Source: Octopus bimaculoides (lineage: Eukaryota). Taken from it: a DNA stretch of 64,000 bases. The position numbers and the translations under genes are program-made. Under the pieces are notes generated by a model, which worked only from the letters and a program-made list of their open reading frames with translations, searched no databases and was not told the DNA's origin. The first letter of the stretch is position 1. Each line of letters starts with the position of its first letter. The stretch is from the NCBI RefSeq assembly GCF_001194135.2, contig NC_068984.1, positions 83,425,337 to 83,489,336 of the forward strand, read 5' to 3'. This document shows positions 1 through 12,639 of the stretch, piece by piece.

Positions 1-85
1 CCAGCACCCCAACTTCTCCAAAAAAATTTCTCATAATCATTAGATTATGAGATAAAATTTCTAGTACTATCTATTGCTGCTGTTG

Positions 86-104
86 ATGATGATGATGATG
101 ATGA

Positions 105-167
<63 letters not shown>
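86..167. repeat. (GAT)n/(GAC)n microsatellite
   Basis: Direct inspection. Confidence 0.95.
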
Positions 168-168
<1 letters not shown>

Positions 169-689
169 GAGGAGAGTACTGCTGTTGTTGATGTTTTTGT
201 TGTTTAGCAACAATCCAACCTTCATCGTTACATTCGGATTTATTTGTATTTCCTTTTGTCAGATGGTGATGGTGTAGTGATACGGTGATCAATTAGTCGA
301 AAGCAGAGGTAACAACAGAAACCATGAGAAGTAACTCTGTGGACGAACAGGGAAGAATTAACTGGAAACAGGAAGCAGGTGGGAGTCAAGAAATAGGAGC
401 AGATGGGAAATAGGAGACTGATGTGGAGTGGGGTGTAAATATATGTAGAGAGAGTTAGAAAAGAAGTCAACATAGAGGGGAAAATACAAATGTACAGGAA
501 ATGCGAAAACGAATGCGACCGAATTTTACATCGTTTCCGTCTTCGCAATTCCAATTTATGTGAAAGGGAGGAGGCTTTGAAATTATAAAAATGATGAGTA
601 ACAAGTTGTTGCAAAAGAACTTTAAAGACAGGGTAGTTATATTTTGAGGGTAAGTAGGTACAAGGGTACCAGGAAGCAAGACTAACTGA

Positions 690-900
690 CTTTGACTTCT
701 GTATTTCAATCTTCCAACTTTATATCAACAAAGGCGTAGTAAGTAGGCCAACATTCCTCTTTCAAGGTGGATTGGAGCAGTGTGAAATTGTGTGTTTTGC
801 CGAAGTAAACAACGTGCCGCCCGTCTGACAATCGAGTCCGACGGGAATCGAACTCACGATCAAATGATTGTGAGTGCAGCAGCCTAACCAGTAGGCCATG
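690..900 (-). mobile_element. tRNA-derived SINE, diverged copy
   Basis: The minus strand gives a tRNA-like head (ggttagg...gtgagttcgattccc, B-box-like) followed by a body similar to other SINE copies in the window. Confidence 0.55.
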
Positions 901-1655
901 CATTTTCATATATAAGGGAGTATGTGCATATATCTAAAATTACAAAAGTGACACAAACGGACTGAGTTTGAAAGAACGCACTTTAAAACGTTTAAGAGGA
1001 AACGTCTCGAAAACATAAAAGAAATTTTAAGTGATGATTTATACACTATGATGATTTACACCCTATGATTCGTCATTACAAATACTGGTCATTGTTAAGG
1101 GTCAAACAAAATTAATGTGGGAACCGGGGAATCTCTTACGATCTCCTCTGAATTTTTCAAACAAGTTAATTGCATCGAAACTCTTGTCGTTGACTCACTT
1201 TTGTGACTTTCTGCCGATTAAAAGTATCTATCAAATATATATACGTATACGTTTTTTATCTGTAGCTGTTTATTTACAATGCATTTTTTTATTTATTAAG
1301 TAACGGTACGCATGCGCACCCGATATTTTTAACAGTAAGTTTATATATANNNNNNNNNNAATCAAATTAAATATGTGACAGTGGATTTTCATCGATGAGT
1401 TCATGAACCTTGGTTCTTTTCCCTAAAACTATATATATATATATATATATATTGTTATATTTCGGAACGGTCATTTTTTTTCCTTTGCCAAAGACACACA
1501 CTATATATTCATTCTTCACTTATTTATTATTGTTCTTATTCTCTGTCCAATGTTAGGAAATCTTTCATTTCACAACTGTGACCTCTTCAGTGACTCCTCA
1601 TCCCACATGTCTCTTCCTATTCTGTATATGTATGTAAACATACATACAAAAGTCT

Positions 1656-1714
<59 letters not shown>

Positions 1715-2065
1715 TAAGTATACATAAATGTATGTATGTATATAAACGTATGTATGTATGTACTAATCAAAGAATGCAGTATAATAGATCCTTTTCCATC
1801 GATCTTATCAATCGGTTTCGCACCGAGAATAAGCTAACCGGATATTAGATGATAGGGCGGTTAACAAACACCAAGTACTCTCAGAGAATGCTTAGTTAAA
1901 CACCGGGTTATCTAATATCTAGTTATGAAATATCCAATGTGAAACTGATTGGTAAGACTGACTGAAATGGATCTATAATACGTATTCTTTGATTACTCTG
2001 CCTACTGAATTGACAAAAATATGAACGTATATATATTTTTCCTGACTTACGGATTCTTAGATGAA

Positions 2066-2098
<33 letters not shown>

Positions 2099-2380
2099 AA
2101 ACAAAACTTGTTAACAGAAATGAAAGAAGTATGAAAGGGAAAAGAGTACAACAGTCGAAGTTTTACCTTGTATTTCTTCGATATCTCGAGATTAGAACCT
2201 CCTTTTCATCGGGACACGGTGAGATGATGAAAGAAATATCGAAAAATACATAGTATAATTTCAAATGTAGTTCTGCTTGAATTTGTATATTTCTTTCTTT
2301 GCAATGTTTAGGCCTTAAGTTTTAATCTAATCAAACATCACACAATGCGTCACCCATTCTTTCCATTTCAAAATTTGAAA

Positions 2381-2473
2381 CCAGAATTACAATTGTTTCG
2401 GTACCATTTCGTTTGTAAAAGTTACGCATTATTTGTAGTTGACTATTTTGGAGTGGAACTTTCATCAGACTGG
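2381..2473 (-). ncRNA. Candidate minimal type I hammerhead ribozyme
   Basis: Minus strand: CCAGT-CTGATGA-AAGTTCCA...TGGTACC-GAAA-CAATTGT-A-ATTCTGG. The core is intact, stem III is the palindrome ACAATTGT, stem II has 5/6 bp, and stem I needs a 2-nt bulge. Confidence 0.4.
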
Positions 2474-2533
<60 letters not shown>

Positions 2534-2879
2534 ACCAGCTATCGTAAATGCAATGCCCCAGACAATGTTTAAAATTTGGGATGGTAACTATGTTAAAAGC
2601 TTAATATTGTAATTATATCGATCCCGGGGCGATGAAATGTAGTCAATCCGGCCGGAGTCGAATTTCTTTTTCATCCTTCCCATCGATAAAACAATATACT
2701 AATCTATTATAGAGATCGATTGACCCTCTTGCCACAAAACCGCTGGCCTCATGTTTTAAATCAGAAAGCATTTTGCGGCCTTCGTGGACAATAAAGAAAG
2801 TATTATTATTAGTCATCATCATCATAATAATAATCATCATCATCGTCATCGTCATCATAATCCTCATCATCGTCATCAT

Positions 2880-3400
2880 CGGCAACACATCACAGAGACA
2901 TGGAAATACAGCCAGGCGGGACTGGCTCAGATGTGAGCAGAGCGACGAAAACTGCACTGCATGTATTAGCGTTGCATCCGAATTTGCTGAACAGCTGTTG
3001 TCGCGTGCAAGATGAATCTGGCTTCGGCTAAGCCCATTATGAAAACAGCCTCATCACCCACCTTTAACAAAGCAAAGCAAGCAATGTTGCTCTGTCCGAT
3101 AGCATTGGCGAAAGAGATTGTGTTGTGGGCGAGTCTGAAAGGACTGAGGACAGATGCTTTCCTCTTTGGTCTTGCTTCTCATTAAGCATGAAAAGGAAAG
3201 TGTGGGTGGAGAGGGAAGTTCCCCCACCCCACCTGTGAATTTGTTAAAAAGTAAGCAAAAAATGTCAGAGTGAGCGGAACTATATAGGCATGTGTCTGTA
3301 GATTGGAAAACAACATTTGGGTAAGAGTTCATGTTCTTGGCGGGGTGCCTTAGTTGATCCTCGTTGGAGGTTCTCCTGTATCAGGACTGTATCATCTTTG
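2880..3400 (+). mobile_element. Decayed 3' end of a Tx1/L1-like LINE ORF2
   Basis: Frameshifted peptides RCEQSDETALHVL (C-terminal zinc-knuckle-like), LAKEIVLWASLKGLRTDAFL and KRKVWVERE. Confidence 0.5.
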
Positions 3401-3541
3401 TGTTCAAATATTTTATAGACGTACATGTTATCCCATCTTTCTTCTTCCATCTTTTTCCCTTGCCCTTTAAGGGACGCCCAGTATAAATTTAAACTGTTCC
3501 ACTCCTCAGACGCCCCTGTGGCAAATATATCATTACCATTG

Positions 3542-3609
<68 letters not shown>

Positions 3610-3614
3610 AGACC

Positions 3615-3750
3615 GTGAGGTGGCAGAATCATTAGCACGCCGGTATTTAGTCTGTTATCACGTTCTGAGTTCAATTTCCGCCGAGGTCGACTTTACCTTT
3701 CATTCCCTCCCCCAAATTTGCTACCCTTGTGACAAAATTTGAAACCATGA
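3615..3750 (+). mobile_element. Abundant tRNA-derived SINE (GGCAGAATCGTTAGC family), partial
   Basis: ggcagaatcattagcacgcc...acgttctgagttcaa...gtcgacttt matches many other copies in the window. Confidence 0.75.
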
Positions 3751-3809
3751 TGATTATTATTGCTACTACTACTACTACTACTACTACTACAACTACTGGT
3801 AATATTAGT

Positions 3810-3985
3810 TTCAAGATTTGATACGAGGCCAGCAATTTTGCGGGAGGGTCTAAGTCGATAAAATTGACCCCAGTGTTCAACTGGTACCTATTTTATCGAC
3901 CTCGAAAGAATGAAAGGCAAAGTCGACTAGGGCAGAATTTGAACTCAGAACGTAATGACGAACGAACTCTCGCTATGCCTTTACC
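3810..3985 (-). mobile_element. Same SINE family, opposite orientation
   Basis: gaatgaaaggcaaagtcgact...gaactcagaacgt is the reverse complement of the family core. Confidence 0.75.
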
Positions 3986-4351
3986 ACAATTGATATTAAC
4001 AATAATAATAATACGGCTATTATTATTTCTTTTCCAAGTTCGTTATATAGTTTAATCTAATATATTACAGGCACTTTTCTCCCATTTTTATTTCCTTTGT
4101 ACCTCTTGGTTACAGTAACTTTTACAATTTATACACTTCACCCATTGTTTTCTTACAAATGTTGTTCTTTTTTTACTTCTTTGCTTCCTTGTATTCCGTC
4201 TTATTCTTTCCTCTTTCATTTCTCTCCCCTTGATCTTTTCCATTTTTTTTCTGTCTCTTTTCCTTTCCGTCTTCCTTTCTAAACAAATCCGTTGAAACAC
4301 GAACGTTACTAACTTAAGAAATCACATACTCACACACATCTGTGTGTGTGT

Positions 4352-4410
<59 letters not shown>

Positions 4411-5396
4411 CGCGTGTGCGCGTTTATGTGTGTGTGTTGTGTCATCACCTGCAGGTTTCGAATGCTATCTGCTAGCCATTGCATCAAAGCGGTAAAAAAA
4501 AGACCTAATTACATGGAGAAATGCACTATCGTACCCACATATACACAGAAACACACACACACACACACACACACGTACACACTCATACACAAACACCGAC
4601 ATACAATTACACGGATACAAACATATACAAACATATACAGGCACAGAAACACACATACTAGCTGCACAAAGTATTTATTTCAATGGATACACAAGTACTC
4701 AAGTTCATNNNNNNNNNNNNNNNNNNNNNNNNNNNNNNNNNNNNNNNNNNNNNNNNNNNNNNNNNNNNNNNNNNNNNNNNNNNNNNNNNNNNNNNNNNNN
4801 NNNNNNNNNNNNNNNNNNNNNNNNNNNNNNNNNNNNNNNNNNNNNNNNNNNNNNNNNNNNNNNNNNNNNNNNNNNNNNNNNNNNNNNNNNNNNNNNNNNN
4901 NNNNNNNNNNNNNNNNNNNNNNNNNNNNNNNNNNNNNNNNNNNNNNNNNNNNNNNNNNNNNNNNNNNNNNNNNNNNNNNNNNNNNNNNNNNNNNNNNNNN
5001 NNNNNNNNNNNNNNNNNNNNNNNNNNNNNNNNNNNNNNNNNNNNNNNNNNNNNNNNNNNNNNNNNNNNNNNNNNNNNNNNNNNNNNNNNNNNNNNNNNNN
5101 NNNNNNNNNNNNNNNNNNNNNNNNNNNNNNNNNNNNNNNNNNNNNNNNNNNNNNNNNNNNNNNNNNNNNNNNNNNNNNNNNNNNNNNNNNNNNNNNNNNN
5201 NNNNNNNNNNNNNNNNNNNNNNNNNNNNNNNNNNNNNNNNNNNNNNNNNNNNNNNNNNNNNNNNNNNNNNNNNNNNNNNNNNNNNNNNNNNNNNNNNNNN
5301 NNNNNNNNNNNNNNNNNNNNNNNNNNNNNNNNNNNATATATATATATATATATATATATATAAATCAAAAAAAGCAACACGGATTTTAAAGGTTAT

Positions 5397-5484
5397 TGCA
5401 GTACGCACGTTTCATGCTACTCCATTTATTTAAGTAATGCGAGCATTACATTAAATGCAAAATGCAGAGCAATCTTCAGCTCCA
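5397..5484 (-). ncRNA. Candidate minimal type I hammerhead ribozyme
   Basis: Minus strand: TGGAG-CTGAAGA-TTGCT...(long imperfect hairpin)...AGCAT-GAAA-CGTGCGT-A-CTGCA. All core nucleotides are present, stem III is short and near-palindromic, the cleavage triplet is GUA, and stem I has 4/5 bp. Confidence 0.55.
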
Positions 5485-5527
5485 CAAGGATATAGAAAAT
5501 TTTCAGTAAATTTTCTATATCCTTGTG
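5483..5527. repeat. Perfect 20-bp hairpin adjoining the hammerhead candidate
   Basis: CACAAGGATATAGAAAATTT-TCAGT-AAATTTTCTATATCCTTGTG. Confidence 0.9.
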
Positions 5528-7551
5528 CAGATGACACTTCAGTTTTAATTCAAATATACATATTCTACTTTTTGTATTGAGTACATTTTCCTCGTTTTAA
5601 AGACACTGATTCACCAAGCCATTCGCAAACATAGATACACTCACAAGTGCAAACACATACACAAACAGGGAAAGAAACTACACGCTCGCGATTTTATTAA
5701 TAAGCAATGATGAATAAGGGACTTGATGCGAAAGCTTTTAGAAAAAAAAAAGATGAAAATAAGAAAGTAAAATGAAAGAAAAGAAAATAAGATATGAACT
5801 AGAAGAAATAATACTAAAGAACATTCCTTAAAACAGTTAGTTGAAAACATCTGTGCTTATTTTGTGACAGGAGTGAATAGCGGATAACAAACTGGTGATT
5901 TGTTATATGAAAGTCTAATGATCAGCTGGAGAGAATTTGTTTTGTATAAAGACAAGGGTTTATTTCAAGACAGCGTTTGGCTTACTCGATGTATGTTTCC
6001 CCACACACACACGCATTTTTTTCTTCCTTTTTGCTATCTTAAAAATATGCCGTTTACATTTAAGTGTATTTCTATATATGTTCACTGAACTATATACTAA
6101 ATACTGCGTACAAAACTTATTCTTGACATAATCAAGTCTCATAACCAGCTCTACTTCCCAGTTCTTAACAACACTTCTGGCTTTTTACTCTTAGACCCCC
6201 ACACGCTATTTCATAGCTTCCACTCAACATATAGCAGATTTTTACAGGAAGCACAACGACTCTCGTATCTTCGTCGTAACTATAGTATGTATGTCGGTAA
6301 AGTACTCGACACTATTCCCCACATTATCCACTCATCTCTTAAAAATATCAAACAATAACTACTGAATAACGTAAAGCAATTACTTCTTGTATTGTGTCTG
6401 TCAACGTTCTGCTTTACTACCAATCTTCACTTTCCATAAGCTAGCTTCTTCGAAATTCATGTGTACAGATCCATTCTCATTCTTTTATATAGAAACCATA
6501 TAAGTTTTTAATATTAAGGCAGAGCCGAGGTGGGTAAAAATAAGTACCAGTTGAGCACTGGTGTCAATGTTATCGACTTCCCCCACTCCTGAAATTGCTG
6601 GCCTTGTGACAAAATTTGACCCCCCAATATTAAGCAGATCTGAATAGTAATGGGGGAATCATCGGCAGAGCATCGGTCAAAATATTTCGTAGTGGATAGT
6701 TATGTACCTTTACGATTTGGGTTCAGAATCACACAGAGGTTAACTTTACATTTTTATTTTTCCATAGTCGATGAAATGAAGCACCAGTTAAATGCTCCTC
6801 TTGTACTTGTGTGATAAGTCAAAATTAGATCATTATCTTTAAAATTGTGATAGGATAGCTGATGTGGAAAATTTTTGTTGGATTTGATCTATACTTAAAT
6901 GCTTGCATTTTATCTAGTACTGACCATACGATGCATGTCTCTCAATTTCCAAATGTGTTTTGAAAGTGATGTGGAAGTTTGATGATGACGATGATGGCAT
7001 GAACTGTGGTACTGATGTGGTACAGTTTGCCAAACAAGGTTGACTACATGTAACTTTCAGGTATGGGTTAGTAATTCTGGTTACCAGATATAGTTACACA
7101 TATGCGCATACATGCACACACGCACACACATACACACACACATACATATATTGCTGTATACATATATGACTCTTTATATGTATCTCAATCTCGCATTACC
7201 TTATATATGTTGTAGAGGAAGAGAGAGACAAAGAAAGAAAGAGGAATTGTAATACAATATAGTACGTTTAGAATACTATGAAGGGCTGTACAAATAGCTT
7301 GTGAAAGGGGAGACATTTTTGGGGCCGAAAGGCAAGGATTAGATTATTAGATGAGCGGTTAGTGTTAGGTTTCGTTTTTGGCTCAGGCAAACATTCACGC
7401 GCGCGCACGCACACATGCACACGTTTATATATGTATGCATATATGTATAAATTACCTTCATGAATTGATGCATACATGCCCACGGCATGCACACAGTAGA
7501 AGGAAGCAATCATACACATATATGCACTCAAACATGCATGCCTAAATGCAG

Positions 7552-7620
<69 letters not shown>

Positions 7621-8747
7621 CAAGCATATAAGCATAAATACATATATACATAGACGCACTTATACGTATATCTATACATCTGTAATACTGTATAGTGGGA
7701 CTAACATTTCTTCCCTTTTGACAACTTTTTGATACAATATAATGCACTTATTAATCGTATAATGAATAATTAATTACATATCTCTAACAACGCAAATACT
7801 ACAAAGAACTACTGCTCCACCTCTAAAGATAGTCTTTCACCTTGTAAATAAAAACTTAACCAATGGGCCATCGCCGCTGAACGGAGATCATCTGTTTGTA
7901 ACACTACTACTACATTGGTCTCTGCTCCTTTTAAGCTTCATAATGATATAATACCTAAATCTGCTAGCCCTACTCCTTTCTTTTCCTCTTCCTTCTCAAC
8001 CCTTTCCATCCTCCACCTACTCCTCCTTTTCCTTGTAACTCACTGGTTAGGCTCCAAATCTTCTTGTTCTTTCCAGTTCTGTTTTTACAGTCTATTTTTA
8101 AAAGATATTTCTGCAAGCGCTCGTTACCACCGCCTACTCCATCATCTATATTTTCCAAAATTGTCTGGTGTAAGAGGTACGCTTCCTTTTACCTGCAATG
8201 TACTTAATATGTAATAAAACAAAGAGGAACTCTTCTTTTACCTAACTACATTTAAAGGAAGGCCGGAGAGGAATTTATCAGATATTGCTAGAATCGTGAT
8301 ACAGGCACTATCATGGTATCAAAAACCCAGTCTCTGATGACATAGCCGTACTAATAATAGTAACAAATATAACGGTAATATTAATAGCATCAACAAAACT
8401 TACAATAATAGTAACAATAGTGTTTCTAATTTTGTAATAGTTGTTCTTAATTAGTAAATAATAATAACAACAACAACAACAACAATGACGACGGCGGCAA
8501 CAGCAACACAGCTCATGTTACACACAGTACGCTCAACAAAGCATGCACTAATGTAACTAGAAATGAAAAACTAAGCCCCATAACAAAACAGAACTGGTGC
8601 ATTATACCAACAGGAGTCTATACTCCCCTAATCCTAACAAAAATAGGAACACAATGCTGCACATAGTTCAGGAACACGAAGATGCAACAGATGGTGGAGT
8701 AGAAATTCACCTGAAACTTCCGAAGAAAATTTTTTTTACTGTTGATG

Positions 8748-9057
8748 CACTCCCTTACGCTAATCAGCCCACGTCCATCTTTACACCTCTTCATGTAAAG
8801 CCTGTGCACGTTCACGTTAGGGTGGAGCGCACCATGGAATGTCATCGTCTTTCGGGTTGTGCGATCGAATTGGTCAATCTTCGATCGTGTCCATTTCAGG
8901 ATGGGTACAATATAACGGACTACAGCAACAGCCTATATGTTGATGGTAATCACAAGGTCCCTTGAGTTGAGTTTTGATTTCCAGAGAAGTTTGAGGCACT
9001 TCAAGTATGCAGTGACGACCTTATCTGTCATTTCTCTGTGCAAGATATTGTCCAAGA

Positions 9058-9058
<1 letters not shown>
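8748..9058 (-). mobile_element. R4/Dong-like (RLE clade) LINE fragment, post-RT region
   Basis: KSKLNSRDLVITINI*AVAVVRYIVPILKWTRSKIDQFDRTTRKTMTFHGALHPNVNVHRLYMKRCKDGRGLISVREC. Its 5' end abuts a long (AAT)n tract. Confidence 0.75.

Positions 9059-9150
<92 letters not shown>
9059..9150. repeat. (ATT)n microsatellite
   Basis: Direct inspection. Confidence 0.95.
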
Positions 9151-9151
<1 letters not shown>

Positions 9152-9159
9152 TTTATCTC

Positions 9160-9388
9160 TAAGGTGGTGAGTTGGTAGTATCGTTAGCACGTCGGGCGAA
9201 GTGCTTAGCAGTATTTCGTCTGTCGCTACGTTCTGAGTTCAAACTCCGCCGAGGTTGATTTTGCCTTTCATCCTTTCGGAGTCGATGAAATAAGTACCAG
9301 TTGAGTACTGGGGTCGATGTAATCGACTATCCACCTATCTCAAATTTCAGACCTTGTGCCTATAGTAGAAACGATTATTATTATTATT
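9160..9388 (+). mobile_element. Near full-length GGCAGAATCGTTAGC-family SINE with (ATT)n tail
   Basis: tRNA-like head, gttctgagttcaaa B-box, body, and a tagaaacgattattatt tail. Confidence 0.8.
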
Positions 9389-10112
9389 TCTCTTTATCAC
9401 AGGTTTTGTTGGAGCTCCTGGAGTGTTACATGCGTAGCGGGCTTGCTACCTGCAGCCTATGGTACCATGCTATCCATTCTTTTCAGCTATGTAATAGTTT
9501 CCTGATTGATCTGGCCGTGCCAAGGAGGCAAACCTTTTGTAGCAGTTCTACTGGACACTCTATTCCAATTTCCTTTATATTCCCCTTGATGCCTTCTGAT
9601 ACTGTTCCCAACAATAATTGGCACTATCTTCACCTTCTTCATTTTCCATAGCCGGGCTATTTCGTACTTAAAAGGGTTGTATTTATCTATCTTTTCGCCT
9701 TCCTTCTTGCTTACTCGTGGGTCAAAGGGGCATGCAACATCAGCTATATAGCATATGTGGTGCATGTTATCCACCACCATTAGGTCCGTTCTGTTATGCT
9801 CTGGCATCTAATCTGTTTGGATTGGCAAATCCCAGAGGATTTTGCAAGTCTCCGACTCCGCCACTCCCTGCGGTTTATGCTCATACCATGTCTTGCCTCT
9901 CTCTAGCCTCAACTTTTCGCACAGTTTCCAATATAGCACTTTCGTCGCCTGATCGTGTCACCACAACTTGTAGTGGTTTTGGACAAGTCTTAGGCACTCG
10001 TTCGTGATATGGACAATGGTTTCATCCACTTTATTGCAGATGCGGCACAATGGAGGCACTTGCTCATTCCTAAGGTTGACCCTCCAGTTCGTGGCCAAAG
10101 TTTGGTCTTGCG
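9389..10112 (-). mobile_element. 5'-truncated R4/Dong-like LINE with zinc knuckle, RLE endonuclease and 3' UTR
   Basis: QDQTLATNWRVNLRNEQVPPLCRICNKVDETIVHITNEC (CCHC), then PEHNRTDLMVVD...ADVACPFDPRVSKKEGEKIDKY (PD-(D/E)xK-type RLE). It has frameshifts and is flanked by (AAT)n on both sides. Confidence 0.85.
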
Positions 10113-10165
<53 letters not shown>

Positions 10166-10399
10166 GTCATCATCATCGTCATCGTCATCATTATTTCTAT
10201 CGTGATACAGAGCGTCACCAATTTTAGAGAGGTCGGATATATTCGATTAAATCAACACCAAATTATAACATAGACAAAACATTCGCATGACAGATACACG
10301 AACAACAAAATAAATATCATCATACTGAGTGAGTATAAAGTGTTTATAAAGCGTCTAAGTATACAACATGCAAAAGATATACAATGAAGAAGAAAGGAA

Positions 10400-11830
10400 A
10401 TAACAAAGAAAACATCTATAAACCTCAAGTACGCTCCAGCATAACTAATGTGGAATCTAACAACACAATCAATCCGGTAACAACTGCAAGGCTTCTAGAA
10501 TTAATAAAGTTCCCCAATTTCCGGTCAAAGTACTTAAACAGTATGTATGAAGCTGTAGTAACAGCATTCGATAAATTATTGTGGAGAATAGAATCAACGC
10601 CCGGCCGGTTACAAGATGAGAACACAATAGCAATTCGGTTAATCAAAAACAATAGCCTGTTTACTGACAATATATAAAGCCTTGATATTTATAGTATCTG
10701 AAAAACCAGTTGCTCATCTAGAAGATAATAATGTCTTACCGGGGGAGATGAAAGAAAATCAGAAATAAAGAACGAAGAGATGTTACGAGGACCTGTTGCT
10801 AAACCGAACAGCTATTGAAAGAAAAGAATCTTAGATTGTTTACTGGAAAGCCTTCGAAAGCACACTATATTTCTAATAACGGAAATACTGTGCACGAAAA
10901 AAGCAACCCCAATATTAAGATGGTATGTCAACCATTTTTAAAATAATATTTAATATGAAAAGTTTTTGAAGAAAGTTATTTACACGATTATTCGCCTAAC
11001 AATTAATCCACCAACAAGTCTTTTGAACCAAATCACCAACGTTTATGAATATGGGCAGAGTATAAAATAACTCCTCCATATAAGTGATTTAAAACTGTAC
11101 ACAAACGACAACATTCAGGTTAAGAACCTACTCAAAACTGTCCTCAGATTCAGAAGTGATATCACAATGCGTGGGGGACTAGACAATGGAGAAACAAAAT
11201 AAAACTCAAGTACTGAATTAGATTTAGAAACTGAAATCGGAAAATTAGAACAGAACCACGAATACGAGTAGTAACAGGTAAATTAAACAGATATGGCATA
11301 ACACACAAATGGAAGAGAACATTAGAGGAAAAGCGCTATAGAAGAGTCAATTTAATACTGAAACTCTGAACCTAATGTCAGAATAAAATTGTATGCATAA
11401 ACGCAGCAGCCATCCCATCCATAGACTGAATTAAGAAATGTAAGTTCTAGTTCCAGAAGATCAATGACACAAAGATCAGTTACACGCAAACTAACAAAAT
11501 AAGAAATAAAACAAGCACGCTAACTTCATATGTGTGCGATGTAATCAACTATGTAATCAACTTTTTTAAAAATCGACAATATTTCCGGATGCCCAATCTT
11601 CGTAAAGATGGAATGTAACCATAGACATTACCAGTTAAGCAGTTATTTCCATTGAGCAATATGTAGACACTTACTCATCAAAAACTGAAATATATTGTAA
11701 AACCGCACAGCGAATCCGGTATGTAGTTTAATGATATGGCTACTCTTCTGTGGGGCATGTCAATCCAGACTGACAAGGAAATCAAATCGAACACACCAGA
11801 TATCACAATCGAAGATGGAACGGAAACGAT
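10400..11830 (+). mobile_element. Heavily decayed, internally deleted R4/Dong-like LINE (RT to RLE)
   Basis: Scattered motifs: TIACLLTIYKAL, HLEDNNVLPGE, LLKTVLRFRSDITM, NKIVCINAAAIP and LWGMSIQTDKEIKSNTPDI. Confidence 0.6.
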
Positions 11831-12639
11831 GCAATCTGATAGACGTCTCGATCTCTTCCGACCAAAACATCGCTCCAAGGGATGTTTAACATTTATCAAA
11901 TTACAACCTCGAAATAGAAACAAGCAGCATGGCAGTAAAACCAGTTTTAATAACAACACTATACAATGGAGATTTTGTAAGTGGAATACAGGTGTTTCAA
12001 CATAATATCAATACGCTGATTTCAAACATGTTATTTAAAATGATATATCACGTATAGATTTTTTCCTAATCTTCTCCTTCCGTCTCTGGGCATTTTAGTG
12101 TAAACTGCATATAAAAATGTGCCTACACACATTTAATATCAAATCGATTCAGCTATGAAAATTGCATCATAGCTTTCTCCCTTTATCAAATAAAGGAGAG
12201 TACTATTGGGCAATAACATAGTAGTTTGATGTGCAATACGGTCAACTAGTGGCCGCGTGACAGTAAGCTTATACTTTGATACACTCTTCGTTAAAATGCT
12301 TGAATTAAATTAAATGGCCAGAGTATAATATATCTTAGAATGGTATTGCATTAGTGTAATGTCAACGAATAAATACTTTTGTGTAAATCACACTAAGAGA
12401 GGTTTTGCTAAATATGTAGGAAGTATACATCTCTGTAAGAGCATAGAAACATACATACAGCAATGAAAATGAAACTTGTCATTAAAGTTGTAAAGAACAA
12501 AAAGTAGATTCGGGTACCACATATATGTTGTACGCAGTGAATGCTAAACAGAAGGCATTTCCTGTTCTCATGATTTGGAATAAGACTAAGATCACCGTGA
12601 TGATTGTTTTCTACAAAACGAAGATATTAGGTTTTTGCA

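Noticed and set aside
71-292. Homopolymeric or dipeptide ORFs (poly-[18 protein letters not shown]) throughout the ORF track
   Set aside because: They are translations of microsatellites, with no splice context or domain signal.
1560-1595. CTGAAGA-GGTCACAGTTGTG-AAAT-GAAA on the minus strand
   Set aside because: The outer stem II, stem III and stem I are all broken; at best a decayed relic.
4342-5433. Long ORFs containing X runs (also at ~19.3, 23.1, 36.6, 43.2 and 57.1 kb)
   Set aside because: They are open only because they span N gaps.
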